Of a stretch of 64,000 nucleotides of DNA, positions 26,995-37,000 are shown piece by piece. Source of the DNA: Candidatus Fraserbacteria bacterium (lineage in GTDB: Bacteria; Bipolaricaulota; Bipolaricaulia; RBG-16-55-9; DRXL01); NCBI GenBank assembly GCA_947085185.1, contig CAMTVK010000021.1, positions 72,409-136,408 on the forward strand, in the 5' to 3' direction. The notes under the pieces are model-generated. The model was given only the letters and a program-made list of their open reading frames with translations, did not search any database and was not told the origin of the DNA. The first letter of the stretch is position 1, and each line of letters opens with the position of its first letter. Position numbers and translations under genes: made by a program.

Positions 26995-28457
26995 TACGCC
27001 AGTGGGATCTCTCTGTGGACGTGCGGGCGGCGCTGCATTATGTGGGAGGGGTGATCAAATGGTTCAGCGTCGCCTTTGTCGTGCCCCTGATCTATGCGAT
27101 TGGTGCTCGTGAGCCCTGGTGGCCGTATGCTCTCTCAGGAGCGATAGCATGGGCAGGTGGCTGGGCTCTTGAGCGCGTTTCGTTCACTGATAGGGACATT
27201 CGAACGCGCGAGGGGTTTTTCGTCGTCGCTTCGGCATGGTTGATCGTTGCCGGGTTGGGAAGCGTGCCCTTCGTGAGCTTGGGAGTTTTGGACTTTCTTG
27301 ATGCGTACTTTGAAGCGATGAGCGGTTTCACGACCACCGGTGCGACGATGATCGCGCACGTGGAGGGGGTGCCCAAGGCGTTACTCTTGTGGCGAGCGTT
27401 CACCCAATGGCTTGGGGGGATGGGGATCATCGTCTTGGCGGTGGCGCTCTTGCCCAAGCTCAGAATTGGCGGCTCCCAACTGATGGACGCCGAAGCCCCA
27501 GGGCCAACGCTGGAGAGACTGACCCCACGCATCCGCGAGACCGCGCGATTGCTGTGGGGCATCTATGTCGGTTTGACCGCGTTAGATGTGCTCTTGCTCG
27601 TCTTTGTCGGGAGGCTCAGCTGGTTCGACGCGGTCGCCCATGCGTTCACCACGCTCTCCACAGGAGGGTTCTCCACGAAAGATAGGGGGTTCGAGAGCTT
27701 CTCCGCTGCAGCCCAATGGATCACCGTGCTGTTTATGGTTATAGGAGGGCTCAACTTCGCGCTGCTCTATAGAGCTCTCATGTGTCGTCAGCTGCGCGCT
27801 CTGGTCACCGACACAGAAGCACGCTTCTATGGGGCGCTCTTGCTGGGAGCCGCTGGAGCTCTTCTCGTGAGTGTGGGGGTCGGGCTCGAAAATCTTAGAC
27901 ATAGCGTATTTCAAGCCGTCAGCATCATGACCACAACAGGATATGCGAGTACGGATTTTGAGCACTGGACCCCCGCAGCGAAGATGATCTTGCTCGTCTT
28001 GATGTTTCTTGGGGGGTGCGCAGGGAGCACAGCGGGTTCGATCAAAGTGATTCGGACGTGGCTGGTCTTCCGGTTCATCATTCGGGAGACAAGAAACGTC
28101 ATTCATCCCCAAGCGGTCTTGCCCATCCGGGTCAGCGGACGGGTGGTGAGCGAAGAGATCGCGCGAGCGGTCACAGTCTTCGCGATTTTGTATGTGACGA
28201 TCTTTGCTTTGGGAAGTGTGGTGCTCTTGTGGGATGGGGCACGTGCTGGGCTGAATATCAGTATAGTTGAAGCAGCCAGCGCGGTGGCGGCGACATTGGG
28301 CAACGTCGGCCCGGGGTTTGGGGTCGTCGGGCCGATGGGGACCTATGCCCCGCTGCCGGCGACTTCGAAAGCCCTGTTAATATTTCTCATGTGGGCCGGC
28401 AGATTAGAGCTCTTCCCCGTCATTGTGCTCTTTGTACGCAGCTACTGGAAGGGATAA
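26991..28457 (+). CDS. trkH: Trk potassium uptake membrane protein TrkH
   Basis: SGFTTTG, QWLGGMG, STGGFS, TTTGY, GSTAGSIK, GNVGPG, GRLE. Confidence 0.94.
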   Translation: MIRQWDLSVDVRAALHYVGGVIKWFSVAFVVPLIYAIGAREPWWPYALSGAIAWAGGWALERVSFTDRDIRTREGFFVVASAWLIVAGLGSVPFVSLGVLDFLDAYFEAMSGFTTTGATMIAHVEGVPKALLLWRAFTQWLGGMGIIVLAVALLPKLRIGGSQLMDAEAPGPTLERLTPRIRETARLLWGIYVGLTALDVLLLVFVGRLSWFDAVAHAFTTLSTGGFSTKDRGFESFSAAAQWITVLFMVIGGLNFALLYRALMCRQLRALVTDTEARFYGALLLGAAGALLVSVGVGLENLRHSVFQAVSIMTTTGYASTDFEHWTPAAKMILLVLMFLGGCAGSTAGSIKVIRTWLVFRFIIRETRNVIHPQAVLPIRVSGRVVSEEIARAVTVFAILYVTIFALGSVVLLWDGARAGLNISIVEAASAVAATLGNVGPGFGVVGPMGTYAPLPATSKALLIFLMWAGRLELFPVIVLFVRSYWKG

Positions 28458-28458
28458 G

Positions 28459-29070
28459 ATGCGCGCGTTTATCGTGTTAGGACATAAAGCCCCGGTGATG
28501 CCCCAGTTCTCCCTGAATGATCTGCCCGGCAGTGCCGGACGATTAGATATTCTCTGTCGGTGTGTCACGGCCGCGTTCTGTCTGTCGCACGGGATCCGCC
28601 GCGATGTCGCAGTCTATCTTGTCTTACAGAATCAAATTATGCTGCGCTTTGAGGGGGCTTCGTTAAGACATCTCAACCCCGATGAGCGCTCCACCGCCGC
28701 GCTCATTCAAAGAGCTCTCAAATCGTTCATCGAGCGCACGGGCTCCACGCGAGAGCTCGAGAGCACACCGGGGATCTTTATCTCTGCGGGAGGGCTCTCC
28801 GACGCGCTGGCGCGCGTGACGAGCTTAGGGCTGACGGCCTATTGGCTGCACGAGCGGGGCGTCCCCATCCGTCAGAGTGAGCTCGAGCCCAACGCGGCGT
28901 TCGTCTTGAGTGACCATCTTGAGTTTTCCCCTGAAGAGGCCGCGATCTTAAGGGGGCTGCCCCAGCTGAGCTTGGGGCCCCTGTCGCTCCATGCCGATCA
29001 CTGTATTGTCATTGCGCATAACGAGCTGGATTTGCGAGCGGGGCTTGCATCTTCCAGCCCTTTGGTCTAA
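28459..29070 (+). CDS. trmY: tRNA (pseudouridine(54)-N1)-methyltransferase TrmY family (SPOUT)
   Basis: FSLNDLPGSAGRLDILCRC..SHGIRRD, LNPDERS, FVLSDH, LSLGP..LHADHCI..HNELD. Confidence 0.85.
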   Translation: MRAFIVLGHKAPVMPQFSLNDLPGSAGRLDILCRCVTAAFCLSHGIRRDVAVYLVLQNQIMLRFEGASLRHLNPDERSTAALIQRALKSFIERTGSTRELESTPGIFISAGGLSDALARVTSLGLTAYWLHERGVPIRQSELEPNAAFVLSDHLEFSPEEAAILRGLPQLSLGPLSLHADHCIVIAHNELDLRAGLASSSPLV

Positions 29071-29082
29071 GATTAAGAAAAT

Positions 29083-29469
29083 ATGAGGGAACACGAAGGA
29101 TCGGGCTTCATGGAAGTGCGCGAGGTCCCGCTCGATCTGTTGCATGAGCATGAGCAGATCGAGAGCGAGCGCCTCCGCCAGATCCGTGACGAGATTCAAC
29201 GAGAGGGCAAGCTGCGCCATCCCATCTTGGTTGATAAGCGTTTCTTCGTGATCCTTGATGGGCACCATCGCTTTCGCGCTTATAAAGAGCTGGGGTTCGA
29301 GACGATCCCCTGTCTCTTGGTAGATTATCAGTCGGAGATCGTCTCGGTGCGGCCGCGCCGGCCCGATATAGCTGTCTCCAAAGACGAAGTGATCCGGCGC
29401 GCCTTGGAGGGCAGGCTCTTTCCCCCCAAGACCACCCAGCATATTCTGCACGTCTCTGTGCCCTCATGA
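29083..29469 (+). CDS. ParB/sulfiredoxin N-terminal domain protein
   Basis: LHEHE, HPILVD, ILDGHHR, PPKTTQH. Confidence 0.8.
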   Translation: MREHEGSGFMEVREVPLDLLHEHEQIESERLRQIRDEIQREGKLRHPILVDKRFFVILDGHHRFRAYKELGFETIPCLLVDYQSEIVSVRPRRPDIAVSKDEVIRRALEGRLFPPKTTQHILHVSVPS

Positions 29470-29512
29470 TCGAGTTGTCTTGCCCCATGGGATGGGAGTA
29501 CAATAAAGAGAG

Positions 29513-30220
29513 ATGCACAACGGAGATGATCTCTTGAAGGACGTTTCATCGAGCGGATCGCCCCAGAAAGATCGCGTGGAGATGGTGCGACGCCTCGAGG
29601 CACAAGGCATCACCGATCAGAAAGTCTTAGAGGTTATGCGTCGCATCCCACGGCATCTGTTCATCGCTAACGCTCTGTGGGATCATGCGTATGCCGATCA
29701 TCCCGTACCCATTGACCGGGGGCAGACGATCTCTCAGCCGTATATTGTCGCCCTGATGACCCAAGCGCTCCGTCTAGAGAAGACCGATCGAGTGCTGGAG
29801 ATCGGCACGGGCTCGGGGTATCAAACGGCGATCTTAGCCGAGCTCGCTCAACACGTCTACACGATCGAGCGCTTTGCGGAGCTCTCCGAGAAAGCACAAA
29901 AGCTCTTAGCCGACGCAGGGTATACGAACATCAGCTTTCGTGTGGGTGACGGGACGTTGGGGTGGCCGGAAGAGGCACCATTTGACAAGATCATCGTCAC
30001 CGCAGCTGCGCCGGAGGTGCCAGCGGCCCTGCTTGAGCAGTTGGCGGAGGGAGGGCGCCTGGTCATCCCCGTGGGAGGGCGCCAGCTCCAGACGCTCCTT
30101 GCTCTCACAAAAGAGCATGGGAAGCTTCAGAAAGAGGAGCTCTGCGCGTGCAGCTTCTTGCCACTCATCGGGAGAGAGGGCTGGCCGGATCAAGAAACAT
30201 GGCTGCAGCAGCTCCTGTAG
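29513..30220 (+). CDS. pcm: Protein-L-isoaspartate O-methyltransferase
   Basis: GQTISQPY, VLEIGTGSGYQTA, GWPEEAPFD. Confidence 0.95.
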   Translation: MHNGDDLLKDVSSSGSPQKDRVEMVRRLEAQGITDQKVLEVMRRIPRHLFIANALWDHAYADHPVPIDRGQTISQPYIVALMTQALRLEKTDRVLEIGTGSGYQTAILAELAQHVYTIERFAELSEKAQKLLADAGYTNISFRVGDGTLGWPEEAPFDKIIVTAAAPEVPAALLEQLAEGGRLVIPVGGRQLQTLLALTKEHGKLQKEELCACSFLPLIGREGWPDQETWLQQLL

Positions 30221-30306
30221 GCAGGGAAGGGGGATACACAGAAAGAACTCAAGAGTGCTATCTACATTCTCAATCTCAAGAAACACCAGGGAGGTAAAGA
30301 TAGCAT

Positions 30307-31266
30307 ATGAAAACCGTGAAGAAGACGCAGTTCTTTGTGATTGGGATACTCTTCGTTATTGGGACGCTCTTGACGGGCTGTGGTGGCAGAGTCAAGCCGC
30401 CGACGGCTGTTATCACCAGCCCGCAGAGCGGCGCTCAGTTCACAGTCAATCAATCTATTGAGTTTAGCGGATCGGCCAAGGACGACGCGGGCAAAGAAGT
30501 CACCAAAGATATCGTCTACGAATGGGATTTTGGCGACGGCACGAAAGGAACCGGCCAGACCGTCTCTCACGCCTACAGCACCAGTGGAACGTACACCGTG
30601 AAGCTGACGGTGAAGACGACAGCGCAAGCGAAAGAGACGAGCCCCAGGCTCGAATCAAAGCAGACGGCTCAGATCGAGATCACCGTGACGCCAGCGCTCT
30701 CGGTGGCGATCTCGGCGAGCGTCACTGAAGGGCCGGCGCCGTTAGAAGTGTCGTTTACTGCAGAAGTCCAAGGCACGGCAGCAAGCTATACCTGGGACTT
30801 CGGCGATGGCACGACGAGCACTGAAGCCAACCCCAGGCACACGTTCACAACTGAGGGCACGTACACGGTGAAGCTTGTCGTGACTGGCTCTGACGGCACC
30901 ACAGCTTCTGCTGAAAAGACGATCACGGTGACGGCGCCGCAGCAGTCCTCCCAAGGGCAGCTGCACATCGTCAAGATGGTCAGCACCAAAGACGGTCGTC
31001 AGTTCTTCGATCCGGCGGAGCTGACCATTAAAGTCGGCGACACGGTCCGGTGGGTGAACGAGTGTGAGCCGGGCGTAGCGTGTGTCCATTCGGCTCAAGC
31101 CTATCCTGACAAGATCCCCGCGGGGGCAGAAGCGTTTGACTCCGGGTTGTTGACGGAGCAAGGCCAACAATATGAGCACACGTTCACCGTCCCTGGGGAG
31201 TACGAGTACTTCTGTTTGCTCCATGAAGCCCTGGGGATGAAAGGGAAGGTCATTGTGCAGCCATAG
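30307..31266 (+). CDS. Lipoprotein with two PKD domains and a C-terminal type-1 copper (cupredoxin) domain
   Basis: LLTGC lipobox, WDFGDG twice, H...[11 protein letters not shown] copper ligands. Confidence 0.88.
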   Translation: MKTVKKTQFFVIGILFVIGTLLTGCGGRVKPPTAVITSPQSGAQFTVNQSIEFSGSAKDDAGKEVTKDIVYEWDFGDGTKGTGQTVSHAYSTSGTYTVKLTVKTTAQAKETSPRLESKQTAQIEITVTPALSVAISASVTEGPAPLEVSFTAEVQGTAASYTWDFGDGTTSTEANPRHTFTTEGTYTVKLVVTGSDGTTASAEKTITVTAPQQSSQGQLHIVKMVSTKDGRQFFDPAELTIKVGDTVRWVNECEPGVACVHSAQAYPDKIPAGAEAFDSGLLTEQGQQYEHTFTVPGEYEYFCLLHEALGMKGKVIVQP

Positions 31267-31280
31267 GAGAGTAGAGAAGC

Positions 31281-31313
31281 CCCTCATCCCAGTTGTGGGG
31301 TGAGGGCCTTTTT
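31281..31313 (+). terminator. Intrinsic terminator-like hairpin
   Basis: CCCTCATCCCA-GTTG-TGGGGTGAGGG followed by CCTTTTT. Confidence 0.65.
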
Positions 31314-31315
31314 CT

Positions 31316-32338
31316 ATGGTCAAAATAATAGACTTGCGCAGCGATACGGTCACCAAGCCCACGCCCGCGATGCGGCGCGCCATGGCCGAAGCCGAGGTCG
31401 GCGACGACGTCTTCGGGGAAGACCCGACCGTCAACGCCCTGCAAAGACGCGCAGCCGAACTCTTCGGCTGCGAAGCAGCGCTCTTTGTCCCTTCAGGGAC
31501 GATGGGGAATCAGATCGCCATCAAAGTCCACACCCAGCCCGGCGACGAAGTTATTCTCGAAGAAGCTTCGCATATTTTTAATGCAGAGATGGCCATGATG
31601 GGGGCGTTTTCGGGAGTGATCCCGCGCCCCATCCCCAGCGAGCGGGGGTTCTTGCGCTGGGCTCAGATCGAAGCTGCTATTCGCCCTAAAGTCTATTACT
31701 ACGCCCAGACACGACTGATCTGTCTAGAGAACACCCATAACTTCAAGGGCGGAGGGGTCTATCCCCTGGAGTGGGCCGGGGAGATCATAGAGAGAGCCCA
31801 TGAGCGCGGCTTGGCTGTGCATCTAGATGGAGCGCGCATCTTTCATGCTGCGGTCGCGACGGGGCTTTCGGTCAAAGAGCTCACGGAGGGCTTTGATTCC
31901 GTGATGTTTTGTCTCTCCAAAGGGCTGGGAGCGCCGGTGGGCTCGATGCTTGTGGGGTCAGCAGAATTTATCGAGAAGGCCCGAAGGGTTCGCAAGATGC
32001 TCGGCGGCGGGATGCGCCAAGCTGGGATGCTCGCGGCCGCGGGGCTCTATGCGTTAGAGCATCACGTCGAGCGTCTTGCGGAAGATCACGAGAACGCCAA
32101 ACTCTTGGCACAAGCCCTGCAAGAGATTCCCGAGGTGCACGTGGAGCCCGTTGAGACAAATATTGTTATCTTTGAGCTGGCCAAGACGCCTGCTGAAAGG
32201 CTCATCGCCGAGCTGAAGAAGCGCTCTATCTTGGCGTTGGCGATCGGGTCGCGGCGGGTGCGCTTGGTGACGCATCTTGACGTGTCACAAGACGACGTCC
32301 TCCACGCCGCTCAAGCCATCCGAGAGATCCTCAGCTGA
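31316..32338 (+). CDS. ltaE: Low-specificity L-threonine aldolase
   Basis: [40 protein letters not shown]. Confidence 0.95.
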   Translation: MVKIIDLRSDTVTKPTPAMRRAMAEAEVGDDVFGEDPTVNALQRRAAELFGCEAALFVPSGTMGNQIAIKVHTQPGDEVILEEASHIFNAEMAMMGAFSGVIPRPIPSERGFLRWAQIEAAIRPKVYYYAQTRLICLENTHNFKGGGVYPLEWAGEIIERAHERGLAVHLDGARIFHAAVATGLSVKELTEGFDSVMFCLSKGLGAPVGSMLVGSAEFIEKARRVRKMLGGGMRQAGMLAAAGLYALEHHVERLAEDHENAKLLAQALQEIPEVHVEPVETNIVIFELAKTPAERLIAELKKRSILALAIGSRRVRLVTHLDVSQDDVLHAAQAIREILS

Positions 32339-32453
32339 AGAGACACAATCGCATTGAAACTTTTGTCCGTCTCAATAGTATTTATATCGGTCCAGCCCTC
32401 TAGGCATGAAGAGCGCTTCGTGCTATAATGGGTCGGACCGAAGGAGGCCATCT

Positions 32454-33719
32454 ATGCGCGCAGCCATGAGCCGACGTACGTTTCTGCACGCCCTGGGCGT
32501 GACAGTGGGGGCTTTGCTTGTAGGGCGCACTGGGGGCTACGGCCAGCAGACGCTCACCCTTGGGGTTTTAGGCAGCACAAGCACGCCATTGGGACAGGGG
32601 ATCATCACCGGGGCGCAGCTCGCTGCCGAGGAATTGAAGTTCAGAGTTCTCGTGGGAGACTTGGGAAGCGAGACCGATCCTGCGCGCGCCCGCGCGGTGC
32701 TCGGCGAGCTCACTAGCAAAGGGGCCGACGCCATCGTAGGCCTCTCTCGCTCAGAGACGATACCAGAGCTCTTGAAAGACATCCCGACCTTGAAGAAGCC
32801 GCTGGTGATCACAGGGACACCGCTGTTGGGCACTGACGCTGTCGCGGGGGACTTTGCTAAGTACAAATATATCTTCCGCGCAGGCATCGTCAATAGTGCT
32901 GCGCAAGCTTTCGATGGCGGCGAGTTTGGTCGAGAATTTTTAGTTGGGGAACTGATCAAGAAAAAAGTGCTGCCGTCGAACGCCGTTGCCCTGGTGGGCG
33001 ACTCCTCCAAGCAGAGCGCAGACTTTCGCGCGGCGCTCTTGCCCAGGCTGACGCGAGCAGGCTTGGACGTCGTGGGCAATCTTGCCGATGGCCAAGCTGC
33101 CCCTCTGTTGGAGCGCCTGCAGAAGATCAATGTGCCGGCAGCGATCACGGCATTCTTCGACGCGAAAGTTGGGGCAGAGTTCGCCCGAGGCTGGTCGGCC
33201 AATAGAGTCAAAGTTGCCCTCTTTGGCTGGAACGAAGCGTTGCTCTCTGATGACCTCAAGGGCGCTGCCGCCGGCTCTGTTCTAGTAGACTTTGTCGGCG
33301 AGACCGCCAAAGTGGGCCCCAAGACCCTCGAGTTCTACCAAAAATACCAAGCGAATTTTCGAGCACGACCGGCCTTTACGGCAGCTACAACGTATGATGC
33401 TGTCTATGCGCTCGCTGATGCGCTCGCGCGCGCTCGCACGACCGACGCCGAGGCGCTCGTCACGGCCCTAGAAGGCGCGAAAGTGCATGGCGTCGTGGGT
33501 CTGATCCGGTTCTATAGTGTCGAAGAGCAGCAGCGGGACCCGCTCAAATTGGCGGTCGCCCACGATCAAGTCTATGGGATCAACAAGACGGGCGGGACCC
33601 CAGCGTTTGACGGCGTGCGTCCCTTTTATACCCAGCTCACACCGGACGGGCGGCGGATCGTGCTCTATCCCTATGAGTATGCAACCGGCTCGTACGTTCT
33701 GCCGCCGCATTTTAGATAA
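32454..33719 (+). CDS. ABC transporter substrate-binding protein (PBP1, Tat signal)
   Basis: SRRTFL signal, GAQLAAEE, YDAVYALADA. Confidence 0.8.
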   Translation: MRAAMSRRTFLHALGVTVGALLVGRTGGYGQQTLTLGVLGSTSTPLGQGIITGAQLAAEELKFRVLVGDLGSETDPARARAVLGELTSKGADAIVGLSRSETIPELLKDIPTLKKPLVITGTPLLGTDAVAGDFAKYKYIFRAGIVNSAAQAFDGGEFGREFLVGELIKKKVLPSNAVALVGDSSKQSADFRAALLPRLTRAGLDVVGNLADGQAAPLLERLQKINVPAAITAFFDAKVGAEFARGWSANRVKVALFGWNEALLSDDLKGAAAGSVLVDFVGETAKVGPKTLEFYQKYQANFRARPAFTAATTYDAVYALADALARARTTDAEALVTALEGAKVHGVVGLIRFYSVEEQQRDPLKLAVAHDQVYGINKTGGTPAFDGVRPFYTQLTPDGRRIVLYPYEYATGSYVLPPHFR

Positions 33720-33750
33720 AAAGATTTAAAGATTTGAGGAGGTCGAACGT

Positions 33751-35646
33751 ATGGGACGCAGGGGAAATCGCGTCGGTCGGGTGCTCCTTGCTGCTTTTCT
33801 TGTGGTCGTCATTGGTCTGAACACGCCAGGGCTGCTGTCGCAATCGCAGATTGAAAGTCCTGAAGCCCCGCGCGTGACCTATGTGCTTCTCCCCAAGACC
33901 CGGTGTGTGGTCGCGCCGCCGGGGTTGCCTGCTGACAATTGCCCTCCAGGGACCCTCCCCCCACGAGAGACGTCTATCAACTGGATCGCCGCCGACGGAA
34001 GCGACTTTGAGGGAGCTATCGGATACCGAGATATAAATAGAGATATCGTCAAAGTCTCTTTCCGCGTGCTTGAGGCAACGGACGTGAAAGACGCCCCGCC
34101 TGGGACGTTTAAAGTCGGGCAAATCTTCAGCTTTGAGCCCCCGGCCCAGCCCAGCGACACAGGAGAGTTCGGCTTCCGCATCTTCACCAATGTGCCGCAG
34201 GACGTCACCCTCGAAGTGACCCTCGAAGACGCCAAGAAGAACGTCAGTCAGCCCAAGGTCTTCTCGTTCAAGACCGTTGGCCCGGAGCCCATCATCAGCA
34301 AGATCATCTTCCCTACGGAGATCCCCTTGGGAGCAAAGCAGAATATCTCGGTGGGATTTGTAGATCGTGAGGGCCAGCTGAGTCGGGTCTATTTTCAGCT
34401 GGTCAACTTCGATCCCCAGCGCGTGGGGGATTGCGACCTTCCCATCGACCCTAGCGGCATCGACGTGAGCGAGAAGGTCCTGGGCGACAAGGAGGGTGAA
34501 CTGAGCTTCTCTCTCGTATGCAACAGCGCGCAGCGCCTCAAGCTCAACGTCGTTCTCGTAGATCGCCAAGGCAATCGCAGTGAGCGGAGCGTCCTGCGCC
34601 AACAGAGCATCTTCGAGTTTATCGCAGGGCGCAAGATCGCCGACGGACTCTTCTTCCTTGATCAATTTGGTCGAGACGGCGCTGAGCCTGGGACGTTTCG
34701 TCGCCCCCAAGGGATCGCCGTGGACAGCAAAGGGTCCATCTACGTCGCTGATACGGAGAACCATCGGATTCAGCGATTCGATCCTGCGACGTTCAAGCTG
34801 AACGAGAAGCTCCCTACTGTTGCATGGGGCAGTCAGTGCCTCTTGCGCACAGGAGATGGTTGTCGTGATCCCGATGGCGGTGGCCCGCTCATCCCTGGCG
34901 ACGGGCAGTTTAATGGCCCAACAGATGTCGTCGTCGATGCGGCAGGCAATGTCTATGTCGTGGACAGCGGCAATCATCGCATTCAGAAGTTCGACTCGAC
35001 GGGAAAGTTCTTGGGCAAGTGGGGCACGCGCGGCAGCGGCCCTGGGCAGTTTGAGACCCCCATCAGCATCGCTCTCGATAGCTCAGGGAGATTCGTCTAC
35101 GTTGTCGATAAAGGGAACCATCGCGTGCAAAAATTTGACGTCAGCAGGTCTCCCGTGCAATTTGTGACCCAATGGGGAAGCCCGTGCAACCTCACGGTGA
35201 CGCCTCCCACGGGACGCTGCGTGGACCCCGATGGCTCCGGCCCACTCCAAGTGGGCGACGGTCAGTTCTATGAGCCCCAGGCTATCGCCGTAGACAGCGC
35301 CGGGAATATCTACGTCTCCGATACGGGCAACCATCGCATACAGAAATTCGACGCGAATGGAAAGTTCTTAACCAAGTGGGGGCGCAATGGCATTGCCCCA
35401 GGGCAGTTTGACGTCCCCCGTGGACTGGCGTTCACCCAACAAGGGGTCTTGCTCGTCGTGGATCAGAACAACCATCGTGTTCAAGAGTTCACTCTCGACG
35501 GCACTTTTGTGCGCCAGTGGGGGGAACAAGGCTCTGGGGAAGGAGAATTCAAAGCCCCTCAAGACATCGCAGGAGACAGCGCCGGCAATCTCTATATCGT
35601 TGAGCTCTTGAATAACCGTGTGCAAAAGCTTGGGGACTTAAAATAA
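33751..35646 (+). CDS. Secreted NHL-repeat (6-bladed beta-propeller) protein
   Basis: Six G.F..P.GIAVD..GN.YV.D..NHRIQKF repeats and a signal peptide. Confidence 0.88.
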   Translation: MGRRGNRVGRVLLAAFLVVVIGLNTPGLLSQSQIESPEAPRVTYVLLPKTRCVVAPPGLPADNCPPGTLPPRETSINWIAADGSDFEGAIGYRDINRDIVKVSFRVLEATDVKDAPPGTFKVGQIFSFEPPAQPSDTGEFGFRIFTNVPQDVTLEVTLEDAKKNVSQPKVFSFKTVGPEPIISKIIFPTEIPLGAKQNISVGFVDREGQLSRVYFQLVNFDPQRVGDCDLPIDPSGIDVSEKVLGDKEGELSFSLVCNSAQRLKLNVVLVDRQGNRSERSVLRQQSIFEFIAGRKIADGLFFLDQFGRDGAEPGTFRRPQGIAVDSKGSIYVADTENHRIQRFDPATFKLNEKLPTVAWGSQCLLRTGDGCRDPDGGGPLIPGDGQFNGPTDVVVDAAGNVYVVDSGNHRIQKFDSTGKFLGKWGTRGSGPGQFETPISIALDSSGRFVYVVDKGNHRVQKFDVSRSPVQFVTQWGSPCNLTVTPPTGRCVDPDGSGPLQVGDGQFYEPQAIAVDSAGNIYVSDTGNHRIQKFDANGKFLTKWGRNGIAPGQFDVPRGLAFTQQGVLLVVDQNNHRVQEFTLDGTFVRQWGEQGSGEGEFKAPQDIAGDSAGNLYIVELLNNRVQKLGDLK

Positions 35647-35688
35647 TCTGCCCCGTCTGAGAGAAGCTGGGGCGACAAGGAGGCGGCC

Positions 35689-36966
35689 ATGCGCCATACT
35701 ATGAGAGTGCTCGCCGTCGCTGTTGTAGTGGGCGCGCTCAGCGCCATGGGGGTAGCGCAAAGCACGCTCTTACAATTAGTCTTCCGTGTGCCCGACGGCA
35801 GCCCCATTCGGTCTTCACCCGTGATCGATCTTGCCAAGAACGCCATCTATTTTGGGGCCGATGACGGCAATCTCTATGCGATCCCTTTAGAGAGCGCCGA
35901 GCAACCGCGACGCCCTAAGTGGGTCTTCTCCCCTGACCCAGACCCCACCAAACGTCGTCCCATGCGCACTCCACCGGTCATTGACGAGGCGCGCAACAGA
36001 ATCTATATCGGAGCTGATGATGGCAAACTCTATGCTGTAGACCGAGACACCGGACAACCCGTTGAGGGGTTCAATGCCCTTGCTCGATCTGCTCCTATCC
36101 GTGTGCCTCCGACTTTAGATCAGCCTCGTGGCGTGCTTTATGTGGGTGCAGACGATCAACAAGTGCTGGCGCTCAAAGCTGTCGATGGCGCATTAGCGCC
36201 TCAGGGGAACCCTACGTTCAACGCCGCCAAAGGGGCCATCCGCGCCGCGCCCGTGATTGACTTCGTCAAAACAGCAGTCTATTTTGGCTCCGACGACGGC
36301 AAATTCTACGCCATTGATCGAGAGGACTTTACGCGCAACCGTTTCAGCCCTGTAGAAATCAATAGTCCCATCCGGGGCTCCCCGCTCTTGGATCTTCTTC
36401 TTGGGACGGAAGCTGCGATCTACTTCGGTGCGGACAACGGCGTCTTCTACGCGATTGATCGTGAAGGGAAAGAGCTCTATAAGTTCGAGACGCGCGGGCC
36501 GGTGCGCACCAGAGCGACCGTAGACCCTGTCAAGAATGCCGTCTACTTCGTCTCCGACGACGGCAAGCTCTACGCGCTCTTCCGCACCGATGAGAAAGAT
36601 AGCAGGGGCCAAGTCATCCCCGGCCGGAAGCACGGCACGCAAAAATTCGCGTTCACCGTCGTCACCGATGGCAGCCCCAATCCCTTCGATGGCGACCTGC
36701 CACGCTCTTCTCCGGTCGTAGACCGCCGTCTAGGAGCCACAGGGACGGGAACGATCATCGTCGGCTCGGTAGACGGCAATCTCTACGGGGTTGATCCCGA
36801 CAGCGGGCGCTTGCGCTTTCTGCACTCGGTGCCCGGCGCGGGCACCGATCCGCGGGCGGCCATCCGCACCACCCCGGCTCTCTACGTCCGTGGGCCTGGG
36901 TCATTCTTGGATATCTATGTCGGTGCCGACGATGGGGGGCTCTATATAGTCACGCGGCGCCCTTAG
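35689..36966 (+). CDS. Secreted PQQ-like beta-propeller repeat protein
   Basis: Repeated PIRSSP....IYFGADDG.LYA units. Confidence 0.85.
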   Translation: MRHTMRVLAVAVVVGALSAMGVAQSTLLQLVFRVPDGSPIRSSPVIDLAKNAIYFGADDGNLYAIPLESAEQPRRPKWVFSPDPDPTKRRPMRTPPVIDEARNRIYIGADDGKLYAVDRDTGQPVEGFNALARSAPIRVPPTLDQPRGVLYVGADDQQVLALKAVDGALAPQGNPTFNAAKGAIRAAPVIDFVKTAVYFGSDDGKFYAIDREDFTRNRFSPVEINSPIRGSPLLDLLLGTEAAIYFGADNGVFYAIDREGKELYKFETRGPVRTRATVDPVKNAVYFVSDDGKLYALFRTDEKDSRGQVIPGRKHGTQKFAFTVVTDGSPNPFDGDLPRSSPVVDRRLGATGTGTIIVGSVDGNLYGVDPDSGRLRFLHSVPGAGTDPRAAIRTTPALYVRGPGSFLDIYVGADDGGLYIVTRRP

Positions 36967-37000
36967 GGGCTAAAATAGCTCTGAGAAAATCTTTCAGGAG

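Noticed and set aside
18666..34977. Long antisense ORFs such as 18666-19589, 32537-33322 and 33712-34977
   Set aside because: They are opposite-strand shadows of clear genes in GC-rich DNA with no motifs.
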